A stretch of 64,000 nucleotides of DNA from Eledone cirrhosa (taxonomy: Eukaryota). Positions 36,265 to 50,172 of this stretch are shown piece by piece; positions within the stretch are counted from its first letter, which is position 1, and each line of letters opens with the position of its first letter. A program made the translations under genes and the position numbers. The stretch spans positions 315,208,001-315,272,000 of the forward strand of contig OZ024741.1 of the NCBI GenBank assembly GCA_964016885.1. The letters run 5' to 3'. A model generated the notes under the pieces. It searched no databases, was not told the DNA's origin, and worked only from the letters and a program-made list of their open reading frames with translations.

Positions 36265-37089
36265 GGAGGGGGTGAGAGAGAATAAGAATTGGAGCTTTTT
36301 GTGAAACTATTTCATATTATAATTGTTTTTAAATCGATCAGCTCGAGTTTGATCAGGCGATCGGCGCCAACTCTTAATCGACACTTCGTCAGATATGAGA
36401 GTTTACATGGGTGGTTCCATTCAAATAATTGGATCAACATAGAAACATGTAATATGAAATAAAGTTTCACAAAAAACTGCAATGCTTATTGTCACTCACT
36501 TTATATACACTCTACAAACTACAGCCGTCTTAAACCTGGAACTAAACCCTATGAGAAACCCATCGATTGCTTCAACCAGCGTCACCGCTGAATGTACTTG
36601 TTCATGCTAATGAAATTCGATCCCCAATAGATTAGGCAATCCGACAATAATAAAATATTTCACATGGTGTTATCGACTCCGGAGCTACGTGGCTGCTAAT
36701 CAATCCTCATGATTATAAAATGTGCATTATAGAATAAATATGTTTGAAATCTGATATTTATTTCATGTGGCTTGTATTTATAACCGCTTCATAGAATCCG
36801 TTCTTTGACTGGGCTAGATGAATCGGGAAAATGTGTCTTGCTGAATGACGCGCCGACCGTAGTCAAATTCACGAACCTCCGATCGTAAGCCGATAGCCTC
36901 TAAGCACCAAGCCACGCAATTTCAGAATAACGTAGATTAAGCGATACATTCTACTTCTTTAGGAGAACAGCTGAGTATAGAATTGTGTGTATTGTCCAAA
37001 TAGAGAAGTAAATGACTACGAGGAATCTGTCTTCATTAGATATCACCTGGTAATCACATAAAACATTCATTAGGTCACTTCTATACACA

Positions 37090-37226
<137 letters not shown>

Positions 37227-37515
37227 GTAGAGTTGTGTGTGTACGTGTGTACGTGTGTACGTGCATGTGCTTGTGGGTGAATGTTCGTGCTTGCAAAAGG
37301 CGCCAGTTAATACATCGGTCAGTGTTCCTGGTACCCTGAAACAGCGTGTATATATCAGACAGCGTCTTCCTCTCAAGAACCTCTTTGTAATCTTCAATTT
37401 TGAAAGAAGTTATCTTAATCCTGGGCCTGAATGCAAACATTTGTATCTTTAAAAATGTTTCCATAAGGTCCTAGATGAACATATATGTACTATAGATATA
37501 TGTTTTATTTTACAG

Positions 37516-37659
37516 TGTGCAAATACGGAACTTACGGATTTTCGTGCCAATATGAATGTAACATATGTTTACATATGACATGTGATCATATTTCCGGTGT
37601 ATGTTATTTTGGTTGTATCCATGGTTACAAATGGAATAACGAAGAGAGAAAATGTAAAG
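37516..37659 (+). CDS. Internal exon, 8-Cys EGF/laminin-EGF-like repeat (MEGF10/11- or SCARF-like receptor)
   Basis: Acceptor ttttattttacAG and donor GTAGGT. 144 nt, phase 1-1. Encodes CKYGTYGFSCQYECNICLHMTCDHISGVCYFGCIHGYKWNNEERKCK. Confidence 0.85.
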
Positions 37660-37688
37660 GTAGGTGAAATTTTTGTTTTGAAAATATT

Positions 37689-38416
37689 CCTCTTCTTCTC
37701 CTTACTCTCGCTCGACGAGACCGACGTTATCCTAGGCCCTGTCTGACCCCGCTGTTGATGGGGAACCAGTAGTTGTCCCTTTCGTTCACTCGCACGCTGC
37801 TCTCGGCACTGCTATAAAGCCGTTGGAACAGAGTGGTGATCTTGGGAGGGGCGCGGAAAAGCTGGAGAATTTTCCTGGAGGATGCGTGGTCGACCGTGTC
37901 GAAAATCGCGTTGAGGTCGGCGAAGGCGACGAAGAGACAGAGATCTATACGGAACTCCCGAGATCATTCAACAATGAAGGGTAGTGTAGATATGTAGTTG
38001 GCGGTGGATTGATTAGACATGAATCTTGCTTGTTGTGGGGGACGTCCGCTTATAGTGGCGGGAAGAGCTCGATTGGGGAGGATCTTGGTGAAGACTTTCC
38101 TTGGGATGCTGAGCAGTGTGATGCCCCTGTGGTTGATGCAGACGAGTTTGGTGCAGTTCTGTTTCTAAAAGAGGAGGTTAAGTCATTTGGGAACCGTTCT
38201 GACACCTATACATGGCAGATGATACGGGTGAGCCATTGGATCATGTTATCTCCGTCAGCCTTCAACATCTCCGTGGTGATAGTCCAGATTCCAGGGGCTT
38301 TGTGGTTTTTGAGTGACTTCAGGGTGGGTTTGACTTCATCAGGAGTGACAGGATGGAGCCAGGATCGATGAGTCGTTGGCTGCAACCGTGTCTGCGATGA
38401 TTGTCAGGCAGGGATC
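37689..38416 (-). mobile_element. Duplicated 3' part of RTE-clade LINE remnant
   Basis: Minus strand reads KAPG..ITTEMLK, GITLLSIPRKVFTKIL, FVAFADLNAIFDTVDH. Confidence 0.75.
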
Positions 38417-38698
38417 GTTCTTTGACTGGGCTAGATGAATCGGGAAAATTTGTCTTGCTGAATGACGCGCCGACCGTAGTCAAATTCACGAACCTCCGAT
38501 CGTAAGCCGATAGCCTCTAAGCGCCAAGCCACACAATTTCACAATAACGTAGATTAAGCGATAAATTCTACTTCTTTAGGAGAACAGCTGAGTATAGAAT
38601 TGTGTGTATTGTCCAAATAGAGAAGTAAATGACTACGAGGAATCTGTCTTCATTAGATATCACCTGGTAATCACATAAAACATTCATTAGGTCACTTC

Positions 38699-38816
<118 letters not shown>

Positions 38817-39101
38817 TGCGTAGAGTTTCGTGTGTACGTGTGTACGTGCATGTGCTTATTGGGTGAATGTTCGTGCTTGCAAAAGGCGCCAGTTAATACA
38901 TCGGTCAATGTTCCTGGTACCCTGAAACAGCGTGTATATATCAGACAGCGTCTTCCTCTCAAGTACCTCTTTGTAATCTTCAATGTTGAAAGAAGTTATC
39001 TTAATCCTGGACCTGAATGCAAACATTTGTATCTTTAAAAATGTTTCCATGAGGTCCTGGGTGTACACATATGTACTATAGATATATGTTTTATTTTACA
39101 G

Positions 39102-39245
39102 TGTGCAAATACGGAACTTACGGATTTTCGTGCCAATATCAATGTAACATATGTTTACATATGACATGTGATCATATTTCCGGTCGATGTCTTTATGGTT
39201 GTATCCATGGTTACAAATGGAATAACGAAGAGAGAAAATGTAAAG
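39102..39245 (+). CDS. Internal exon, duplicate 8-Cys EGF-like repeat
   Basis: Same splice sites as 37516-37659. 144 nt. Encodes CKYGTYGFSCQYQCNICLHMTCDHISGRCLYGCIHGYKWNNEERKCK. Confidence 0.85.
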
Positions 39246-39274
39246 GTAGGTGAAATTTTTGTTTTGAAAATATT

Positions 39275-40876
39275 CCTCTTCTTCTCCTTACTTTCGCTCG
39301 ACGAGACCGACGTTATCCCAGGCCCTGTCTGACCCCGCTGTTGATGGGGAACCAGTCGTTGTCCCTTTCGTTCACTCGCACGCTGCTCTCGGCACTGCTA
39401 TAAAGCCGTTGGAACAGAGTGGTGATCTTGGGAGGGGCGCGGAAAAGCTGGAGAATTTTCCTGGAGGATGCGTGGTCGACCGTGTCGAAAATCGCGTTGA
39501 GGTCGGCGAAGGCGACGAAGAGACAGAGATCTATACGGAACTCCCGCGATCATTCAACAATGAAGGGTAGTGTAGATATGTAGTTGGCGGTGGATTGATT
39601 AGACATGAATCTTGCTTGTTGTGGGGGACGTCCGCTTATAGTGGCGGGAAGAGCTCGATTGGGGAGGATCTTGGTGAAGACTTTCCTTGGGATGCTGAGC
39701 AGTGTGATGCCCCTGTGGTTGTTGCAGACGAGTTTGGTGCAGTTCTATTTCTAAAAGAGGAGGTTAAGTCATTTGGGAACCGTTCTGACACCTATACATG
39801 GCAGATGATACGGGTGAGCCATTGGATCATGTTATGTCCGTCCGCCTTCAACATCTCCGTGGTGATAGTCCAGATTCTTTGTGGTTTTTGAGTGACTTCA
39901 GGGTGGGTTTGACTTCATCGGGAGTGACAGGATCAAGCCTGCATGTGTCGTTGGCTGCAGCCGTGTCTGCGATGATTGTCAGGCAGGGATCTTTTGAGAC
40001 GGGTGGTTGATGTAGAAGACGGCTGAAGTGCTCTTTCCAGCTTTCGTGGCTGGTGGTTTCCTCCTGGGTCTACCCTTATCATGGCGAGTGTGCTTGTGTG
40101 TTCCGTAAATTCGGGAGAGTGTGTTAGCGTCTGGAGCTTTGGCCCTGGTAGGGTCACCCGAGGTGGGCCAGTCTCCCGGGGAGGCTCCAGACAAACATTG
40201 ATCCGTGGCGTGTCGGCTCACCGTCACGATATCCATCTATTCTGCAGAGGGTAAACAACCCTCTCAGAAGAATACCAATATGTTACGAAACCGACCAGAA
40301 GAAACTAGATTACCCAACATCGGAATAGGTCCCGTGCATGACCCTCACCAATAAGAAATTGATTTGCGCCATGAAATTTGTTTTGCCACACGGAATGTCT
40401 TGTCTCCACCGTCTCCATCGGTGCCTATGCCCCTACAGACGTCACAGCTTCAACGAGTTTTGAAACAAATTCCACGCCATGACATAGAGATCAACCTGGT
40501 GGACACCAAAGGTACAATATCTTCTTCCGTCAGGCTCCCTCCAAACGACCAATTGCAGACTCAGCCCATTGGTGCAACCTTTACCGAGCCAGCCACCAAT
40601 GACAACGGTGGCATCCTGCTGCTCATCAACCATTACAACAATCTGTGTATTGCCGATACGTGATTCCTCCGCAAAATCATCCATCATTGGACCTGGTATA
40701 TTCCGGACGGTGACACCCGGAAGGTAATCGACCACATCATCATCTCCCGTTGTTGGATGTCATTTGTCGCCTGGTCTACAGAAGAGCTCAACTCGGCAAT
40801 ACTTATTATCGATTGCTGGTTGCGACACTGAGGCTGAGATTGCGAGCGGACTCTGACACCAAATACCTGACTCATG
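39275..40876 (-). mobile_element. RTE-clade LINE remnant with inverted 5' (APE) segment and 9-bp TSD
   Basis: RT motifs on minus (~39450-39900). APE motifs on plus (~40640-40850: NLCIADT, WTWYIPDGDTRKVIDHIII, YRLLVATLRL). GAAAATATT at 39266-39274 and 40877-40885. Confidence 0.72.
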
Positions 40877-41589
40877 GAAAATATTGCTATATAAATATTA
40901 GTCGTATGAAGGTGGTGAGTAGGAATTTTTTTAGACCGGACAAAATGTCTTGTGGTATTTGTTCTGTTTACTGTGCTAAAATTCTGCCAATATCTGCTTT
41001 ATATTTTACCGTTTCAAAATCGACAAAATAAAGTACTAGTCTAGGATAGTCTACGTGCGGTTGCTTGTAGCAGAGGTCGGCAATCTTAGTGAATATGTCT
41101 TTCGGCATTTAACATTCTTGACTTAAATTCTGCCGTGGCCTATTCTAGTAGGGTGGGTCTTAATAGTTCATTTAACACCCCCGTCTGGCCCTTGACTGCT
41201 TTTAGCGGAGTCATTTCTCTTGGAAGCATTTGGACCATGTGTATAACAAGTCAATTTAATGAGAAATACAGTTAATCCGTCTCCCATTTTAACAACAGTC
41301 CCACCTTATTACTGGGCTATGGAGTAAGCTTCCTTGATAGCAACACACTGAATGACATCTGTATCTTAATCTGAAAGCATTTAAATTCACATGTATCACA
41401 AATATTATTGAGCAAAGAATAAAGCATCACAATATGTAAATTTCTTCTGAGTCAAGTCCTAGACAGAAAACTGTTGTATTTATATATTGGTCTATAACTA
41501 AATGAATTCGTACTGGCACCGTATTGGCATACAGGATTTCACAGACAACTCAACAGATTTTTTGAAGAGAATAAGAAGGAAGAAACAAA

Positions 41590-41750
41590 TAAAGGGAAAT
41601 AAACGATCCCAGTAAACGACTGATGCTTTTTGTTTCGATTTCGAAAGGGCGAAAGACAAATTCTACCTCAGCATGATTTGAACTGAAAGTGTGGAGAACC
41701 GTACAAAACATTCTAGCCGACGAATTAACCACTTTCCAGATTCGCCACCA
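41590..41750 (-). mobile_element. Old degenerate SINE copy
   Basis: Residual AAAGGGCGAAAGACAAATTCTACCTCAGCATGATTTGAACT...TTCCAGATTCGCC resembles the reverse complement of the SINE. Confidence 0.5.
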
Positions 41751-42072
41751 GTGATAAGTGATAAGGAGATACAAACTGCAGGTTTGTATGTCAGTTAGAC
41801 TCCTCGTCCTACTATACAACATCTAGTCTTCGTAACACATATTTGTTGGCAAATTATACAAAAGATTAGTAGGCCTGAAACTTAGTTTACTCTTAATGCT
41901 TATATATAGGCCATATTCAGTTGATTCAGGTTTATTTATTAATATATAATGCTCCGTCTTGTACCATTTATACAGGTCGTTGAGCGCTTCTTTTTATCTG
42001 CTTCACAACCGACAGACCATGGTGTGATCCGCACATCCCTGTTCTGTTATCCACTTACTCTCTCTCTCTCAC

Positions 42073-42106
<34 letters not shown>

Positions 42107-42153
42107 CGTGTATATGTATACATATATATGTGCATGTATGTGTGTGCACGCAT

Positions 42154-42185
<32 letters not shown>

Positions 42186-42289
42186 ATGTGTGTGTGTACG
42201 TGTCGAACAGTGAATATAAAATGAAATAAAAAAACGTATAGTCTCTTACTTAGACTAAAATCCTCCTATGCTGTATAGTGCATTGAATC

Positions 42290-42600
42290 ACAAGCTTCTT
42301 CTAACGTAATCAATCCACAGCTGCTCTCTCAATCATTATAAATGATGTTACCTTCCAACAGATTGTTTACACCGGTGCAGAGTTTTCAAACACTCCATCC
42401 AGTGGGATCTGTCAGAAGCAACACTCTCCAACTGATTCTGTTTGGTCCCCAAAGAAGACCAGGCAACCTCATGGAGGATATCCAGACATCTTGCTCGGGG
42501 TTTACCATACACAGACCAAATATTATTTCTATTGTTCCTTCCTTCATTTTTAGCACAAATATTATATCTCAGCACACCCAACATGAAGTTAATCTACATA
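42290..42600 (-). mobile_element. Degenerate RTE-like 3' remnant
   Basis: Minus strand reads GKPRARCLD...LESVASDRSHW, resembling the RTE C-terminus. Confidence 0.45.
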
Positions 42601-43649
42601 AATTAATTTAATATACATTATCACATATTTAAGCACCTAATAATAGATATACATATGGATGTATAGGAGTATTGACATTCATAAGAATCAAGATATAAAA
42701 GTATGACTGGATCCATATGATCCCTATATATCTATATGATTATAAACTCTAAGGCAATATGTATATATGATTGTCATGGCGGTGTCCCAGCATGACCTCA
42801 GCCGGATGGCTGGAACAGGTAAAAGAGTAAATTCAGTCTAAAATGATATATCATGTGGTATAATGTTACAATAATATAATACTTAGATAAACGACATTTT
42901 TCATTGTAAATAATTTAAACCTCATTGCTTGCATTTACGTTGAATGGTGTCTGATAATGTTTTGTTTATTCTTAAAACCTTGTGAGATTAAACCTCATTT
43001 AAGTTTTATTTATTCTGTGCAGGTTTCCTGAAGATATACGACTAATGCGTGCCATATATGATGTAGTTATTTGTTAATTGATAATTTCTAGTTGTTCTAC
43101 AAATGAGTGCGACATGGCCGTATTGAAACATGCATAGAAATGGAAGAATAAATACAATATCATATCCTTGACAATTCTTTCTCATATTAAATTTTAAATG
43201 TTCTGCTAACTGTACCGCTTTTAACAACGGGATATTCTAACGGTCGACATCTTAGTCGTCCATTTTGTACTCCCGAGGAACTGAGGAATGTAACATGCAT
43301 AATACTCCTACAATATTATCAAAGAAAATAATGATGTAGTACACTATAATCACATATTCTCTACTCCCCCCCCCCCTCTCTCTCTGTATATATACTACAC
43401 TTCACAATACTTCTATATTGACCGCTAACCACGTGATAACTTCCACCCCTTTTGAATTTGTTACTGGCAACAATCAATTTGGGAAGAATGTTATAGTTTG
43501 CTTGAAGCATTGTATATAATATATAACGTTGAAAGAGATAGAAGGCTAAACAATGCGAAATGGACTGTAACATGAGGTAACGAAAAGTAAAAATTTCCAG
43601 TAATCTTTGTTTTGTTTTGTCGTTCTTGTGGTTGTTCTTTTATCTGTCC

Positions 43650-44420
43650 AATATTTCAGGACCTAAAAGTCCATTCATCAGGGTTTAAGGAACCTTAGGT
43701 GGATAACGTTCCAATTTCCCTTCTTTGGGATAAAATTTTGATTTTGATTTAATCAAAATCAGTTTTTAGAAGACAGTTGTGAAATTATGTCCCCCTTCTC
43801 CAAGGCAAATAACAACTTTTTGCTCCATTTATGTAGGGTGTTGATTTTTGCAAGGATGATACATAGGTCCTGGTATCTGTTAGGGGATTCTGGTTGGTGG
43901 AGATCACTTCTGTTTCATATATCACAGCTGGAGTGTTGCACAGTTGGTCAAGCGGACATACCTCTGGGTTTCTGCATGAGCATACGGAAAAAGAAGATAT
44001 CCCTGCGTTTATTTGTGATATGTGATTCAAATTTATAGTAAATTAGTAGTCTATTCTCACTGTGTCGCCCTGAAGATCGAAGGTAAAAGTCAGTTATATC
44101 AAACTGCGTAATCTAAGCTACTTTGGTGGACGTAAACTAATCTATTACTACTTGACTATTATTCCACTGATTAGGGTTGGAGTGTTGTCTGATAGATTTG
44201 CTGATGTTCTTTTGTATAAACGTACTAATAAGTTATAGTTCTGTTTTGATGGTGTCTACATCTCGGGTTGTTAATAAAGTCATCCTTGGATCTTATCAGA
44301 TGATTTAAAGTTTTAATTGTTGTGTGCGTTGTTCTATTATTATCGCTTGCATCTTCCATATGTTATTGTAATATTACATGTTATTCCAATACTTGTATGT
44401 GATATGGAGCATCAATATAT
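43650..44420 (-). mobile_element. Penelope-like element remnant (linker + GIY-YIG endonuclease region)
   Basis: CSCRNPEVCPLDQLCNTPAVIYETEV...TYV and PYINGAKSCYL match the Penelope CxCR..CPL..C...VIY and C-terminal motifs. Boundaries are approximate. Confidence 0.65.
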
Positions 44421-44492
44421 TATTGATTTGGTGTATTGATATCTCATTTATACCACTATAATTACTGATATATGTCTATATTGATATTTTAG

Positions 44493-44627
44493 TATGTGAA
44501 GTAGGACTGTTTGGTGTAGATTGTGATGATGTATGTCATTGTATCAACAACACTAACTGCAACGTGAAGAATGGAATATGTTCAGATGGATGTTCTGTTG
44601 GTTATCGTGGAGAGGTTTGTCAAGAAG
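44493..44627 (+). CDS. Internal exon, 8-Cys EGF/laminin-EGF-like repeat
   Basis: Acceptor tattttAG and donor GTATAT. 135 nt, phase 1-1. Encodes CEVGLFGVDCDDVCHCINNTNCNVKNGICSDGCSVGYRGEVCQE. Missed by the ORF track. Confidence 0.9.
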
Positions 44628-44715
44628 GTATATTACAGACATGATAGTCTGTTTTTTTCCATTTCTTTCTCGATGTCTCCTTTTCTGTTTATTTCCCCAA
44701 CTCACTATATATAGA

Positions 44716-44746
<31 letters not shown>

Positions 44747-44918
44747 TCGCGCGCGCTCGTCTGCCTCTGTGTGTATTCGGCGAAACTTTATGATACTTTT
44801 CTACTATACAAAGCATTAAGCTAATAGATGTATTTTCATTGTCAAATGTTTATCCGTTTACTTCTTGCATACATACACGTTCACACTTATACACCAACAC
44901 ATACACCAATGCATACGA

Positions 44919-45018
<100 letters not shown>

Positions 45019-45554
45019 GACAGCACAGTATAATTATTCCATCACCTAAGATTTCATGAAACTAGACGATCTTAAAAGAAATGTCTAGTACGATCATCAG
45101 ATGAAAAATTTATATATGGATATAAGATTTGAAATTAAAATCTATTAAAAATGAAAGTGAGGCTGAATTGAGATAATGGAAAATATACTTGTTCTCAGAG
45201 AATCAGCTATACATATATCCACATATACATAAAATTATTAAAATATATATATCTTCATATATTTACACATACACATACATATAGATACGCACAAGCATAT
45301 ATAACTCACCGTCAATAAATATACAGAAAAAAACCCATGTGGATATACACATACATACGCAAATTAAGCAGACAGGCGTGTGTGAATAAAATAATATAAA
45401 TACGTACATACATACATGCACAAAGACAACAAATACCAGCGTATATACATATAGAAATATATATACACACTCTATACATACATATATATACACATACACA
45501 CACGCATATATATATATATATATATATATGATGATGATATATATATATATATAT

Positions 45555-46980
45555 CATCATCATCGTCATCATCGTTTAACGTCCATCTTCCTCGCTAGCA
45601 TGGGTTAGATGGTTTTGTTCCATTTGATGCAGGAATGGTCGGGACACCATGTCTCACTCACATGGAAGCGTCTCTGGCAGATTTCTTTACAGCTGGATGC
45701 CTTTCCTAACACCAAACATATTTACAGTGTGGACTAGGAGCCTTTTCACCGTGTCTCCTACACGACCACCTTACGGTGTGGACTGTTGTGTCATCGACAC
45801 ACTGGACCGGGCGGGAGAGGGAGGATGGGGTAGGGTGTGGGGATGTGGTGTAGATTGGGTTAAGTGGTGCCTACTGATTGTAGGTTTGTATGCAATGGCA
45901 GTCGGGTCTTATCTCCAGATGCATGGCGCCAAAGGTCTCGATCCAGTGTCATTGTCTTAGAAAGGTGTAGGTGAGCAAGGTCAGTTTTTATCACCTCGTC
46001 CCAGGTTTTTCTTGGTTCACCCACTCCGCAGCTCCCATCAATGTTCATTACCTTGCACTTTTTTATACAGCTGTCGTCCTTCATACTCATCACTTGTCCA
46101 TACCAACGCAATCTCCTGTCCAGAACACAACATTGGATACTTCTTATGCTTAGTCTCTCTCTTAGTTTGTTTATGCTTCGCCTTTCGCGCACATTACTAT
46201 TACACATCCATCGGAGCATGCAAGCTTCATTTCTTTCTAATCTTCAGCACACAATGTGCATGTCTCTCTACCATGTAATATCGCCGTTCGTATACATGCA
46301 TCATACAATTTGCCTCTCATTTTTAGAGAAAAAACCCTTGTGGCCAACAGCGGTATTAGCTCTCTGAACCTTTTGCATCCCGTTCTAACTCTGGCTACTA
46401 CACTTTCAGAGCACCCTCCTCTACTGCTGATTTTGTCACCCAGGTAACGGAAGGTGTCTACTATTTCTATAGAACCATCTGGGCAGTTGAAGGAGATATC
46501 ATCCAGTGGGTCCTTGCTACTTACTGCACCTGAGTATCGGCCACATACAAAATCTACATTCTTAGATAGATAACCTCTGATCCCACTACATCTTTTATGT
46601 ACCCATAGTTTGCATTTGGGACATAGAATGGAATTTCTGACTACTCCTTTCTTACACACTGAGCATGGCCATTTCCCTTTCTACATACTAGAACCTTATT
46701 CTTGGCCAACTTGACTCTAAGGTCGTTTGATTCAAAGCCATGCTTCCATGTTTGGAATTTCCTCTCTAGTTCAGACATGGATTCAGCTATGAGAGTTAGA
46801 TCATCTGCATATAGCGGTTCCCATGTGTAGCCAGTCTTAAACTCCGCTGTTATAGCCTGTAGGACAAGAATAAACAGGAGGGGGCAAAGAACGGGGCCTT
46901 GGTGAAACGCTACTATTACGCTAAATTCATCACTATATTCGTCGTTAATACTAACCTGGTTGACTGTTCCTCTATACATA
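45555..46980 (-). mobile_element. 5'-truncated RTE-clade LINE with PHD-like insert and (GAT)n tail
   Basis: Motifs HQGPVLCPLLF, LYADDL, FRYLG, MLRWMC, RRLRWYGQV, PRKTW. The tail reads (CAT)n on the plus strand. Confidence 0.85.
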
Positions 46981-47053
46981 TATATATATACACATACACA
47001 TAAATACATACACACATACATATACATACATACACACACACACGTACAAATGT

Positions 47054-47092
<39 letters not shown>

Positions 47093-47512
47093 TGTGTGTA
47101 TGGGTGTGTGTAGATACATATATATATATAATTATAATTGAATATAGAAGAGAGATAAACACAGACATATACATATATGTGTTCAAATGGTAGGGGACCA
47201 AATTCGCTAGGGTGAAAAAAATACTAACTATGAACAATAGGGTTTGCCAGACTGAATTTAGAAGAATAAATTAAGAAAAGGAATACAAACCGAAATTGCG
47301 ACAACTGTCAGACACCCAGACAGCTTTTGGTAATGCTGTTTCGCAAATTTAGTGATAGGGAATTACCAATTCTTTTGCTCATCGGTGGGTGTGAAATTAG
47401 TAAACCCTTCACTTCTAAGTATCTCAGAAGACTGAATTGTGTGCGTATATAAAATAACACACATGGTCCCTTATGATTTGAACACAAATATGTATATATT
47501 TGTCTTTATCTC

Positions 47513-47518
<6 letters not shown>

Positions 47519-47594
<76 letters not shown>

Positions 47595-48074
47595 AATGTG
47601 GAGAGGAAGCACACGAGTTAGGATATATATATATATGTATGTATCTATATATGTATGTATTGATATGTATATGTATATATATGGTTGTATATATGTATAT
47701 GCGTGTGTGTATATATGTATGTAATATATATATATGTATATATGTATGTAATATATATATATGTATATATTTCTAGGTGTGTGTATGTATGTATGTGTAT
47801 GTATATATTTGTAGGTGTGTGTATATATGTATATGTATGTGTGTATGTATGTATATATTTGTAGGTGTGTGAATGTATGTATATGTATGTATGTATGTGT
47901 ATGTATATATTTGTAGGTGTGTGAATGTATGTATATGTATGTATGTATGTATGTATGTGTATGTATATATGTATGTATATACATATATACATATATATAT
48001 ATACATATATTCTACATTCGGATTACATTGAGTTCTTCATACGGCTTGGACCCTACCAGTAATTGGTGGATTTA

Positions 48075-48162
<88 letters not shown>

Positions 48163-48175
48163 TATATATATAGAG
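47519..48175. repeat. (TA)n / (TATG)n compound microsatellite field
   Basis: Long TA runs with TATG/TGTA repeats. Confidence 0.95.
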
Positions 48176-48358
48176 GGAGAGAGATATATACGGGATAACA
48201 AGTTATCGTTATAGGCAATCCACTTAGAGGTAGTCCACTTAGAGTACTCTGTGTTGTGGATGGTATTAAAGTATGGCTTAGTGTGACTCAACAAGACGCT
48301 TCTATAATGATGCAGCGAGTTCGCGGTGATTTCTATGTAGGTTATACTTGGAGTAATA

Positions 48359-48715
48359 ATAATTCAAGAAAGAAGAGTAACATGGTTGGTTGTACAATAA
48401 GGGCTTTATTCACAGTGCTAACAATTGTTTCTTTGATCTGGTAGGTCTAGAGCTCGCTAATCGCTTGATGTTGCGTCAATCGATCTCCAATACTTTGTTT
48501 ATAACCAGTCAATTCATCAGAGCGTGCGGATGTGCATCCGCACGCTGTGATGAATAAAGTATTGGAGATCGATAAATAAAGTATTGGAGATCGATTGACG
48601 CAACATCAAGCTATTAGCGAGCTCTAGACCTACCAGATCAAAGAAACAATTGTTAGCACTTGGAATAAAGCCCTTATTGTACAGCCAACTATGTTACTCT
48701 TCTTTCTTGAATTAT
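48359..48715. mobile_element. Palindromic MITE-like element
   Basis: Inverted arms of ~140 bp (ATAATTCAAGAAAGAAGAGTAAC...GTTACTCTTCTTTCTTGAATTAT). Internal hairpin TTCATCAGAGCGTGCGGATG/CATCCGCACGCTGTGATGAA. Confidence 0.75.
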
Positions 48716-48879
48716 ATATATATATATAATATTCAGAATATTAATAAATGAAGACAGTCACATAATCAAAATATATGTTTTATTATATTTATTTCGAAGG
48801 TACTGTGTTGTTTTTTCAGTACGTCCCCGTCAGATAAAATACATGAATACCTCAACGGTCTTAATGGTTCAATTCCAGT

Positions 48880-49680
48880 ATTGGCAGTACACTGGTTGAC
48901 CTGAAGATGTTCAGCTTTCTAGTACTGCCTTTAAGCATTTATTCTACATTACCATAAATGTATATAGTATGTCGGTATAAGTGACTTGTGCTTATTTACA
49001 TTTGATTCAATAGTAGGAAAAGAAACAGGAAGGAAGTTTAATTTCGGCATAAATCTAAAGTCAAACATAGCTGCATGGTTTGATTTTATTTATGTTTATT
49101 TACAATTGTCTAAATGGCAAAAAGTTTAAAGGTTATCACTGTATCGTATATTCATAGAAGGTTCTAGTTTCGATTTGCGTTAAGGCCCGGGAAGGACAGC
49201 TTATTCACTTATTTAAAACATTATAAAATCTACTAATCCTATGTGGTTTAGATGAGAAATGTAAAGTCTTAATTGAAAGAGTTTTGTCGTGACTTACTCT
49301 TAGTGTCCTTTGGGAAAGATTCCGTATCAAGGTTATATTTAGATCTGCATAATATACAGTTGTGGATAATATAGATTTTAGCTCCTTCTACTATGATTAT
49401 TTTTCTTTCGACATTATATTGGATGTCTTCATTATAATCTGATTTAGTTGATCACTCATTATAATATTGGGTATTTTGGAGGTCATTCTGGAAATTAATG
49501 GTCATTCTAGAAATTCTATTAGATACATATTTCTTATAAACTTAAGTATTGATATAGAGTGGGTTGAAAGTTTATTTACAGAGAAAGGGTGCTCACCTCG
49601 TTTATGTTAAGGTTTGTCCAAGCTATTATTTAGTTCATAGGAAACATCTAGGATGTTAACTACTTAATATATATCTACCG
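48880..49680 (-). mobile_element. Penelope-like remnant (RT C-terminal region)
   Basis: Minus strand reads VNILDVSYELNNSLDKP*HK...VNKLSTHSISILK, resembling the Penelope FLDV..YKP...SNHP motif. Boundaries are approximate. Confidence 0.5.
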
Positions 49681-49737
49681 TAATGTTTAAAAAAAAACTA
49701 TGTAAATGTTATTTTCGATCATCCAATGTTACTATTA

Positions 49738-50140
49738 TTGAATGGGCAGCAACTGTAGAAGATATGCGACGGCTGGAGAGAAATGAAGCAAGTATGCTCC
49801 GTTGGATGTGCAATGTCAAGGTGCGTGAACGATCAAGCATAGGCGAGTTGAGAAAGAAACTGGGTATAAGAGGGATAAGTTGTGGTGTGTAAGAGAGAAG
49901 GCTGAAATGCTATGGACATATTTATGCGCATGGAGGATGACCGATGGGTGAAGAAGTGCCAGGAAGTCCCAGTGGAGGGAAGACGCAGTAGAGGTAGACC
50001 ACGAAACACAAGAGAGGGGGGAGCAGACCTCAGATCGCTGAAACTCACCGAGGAGATGACGAAGTACCGTGACGGGTGGAGAGATGCTGTGCTGAATAGG
50101 ACCCATCCAACCCTTGCAAGGAGGGAAAAGCGGACGTAAA

Positions 50141-50170
<30 letters not shown>
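49738..50170 (+). mobile_element. RTE-clade LINE 3' fragment
   Basis: Motifs LERNEASMLRWMC and EGRRSRGRPR; (GAT)n tail at 50141-50170. Confidence 0.85.

Positions 50171-50172
<2 letters not shown>

Noticed and set aside
41976-43100. Candidate acceptors at 41975 and 43022 as extra host exons
   Set aside because: The phase-1 frames hit stops almost immediately and show no Cys pattern.
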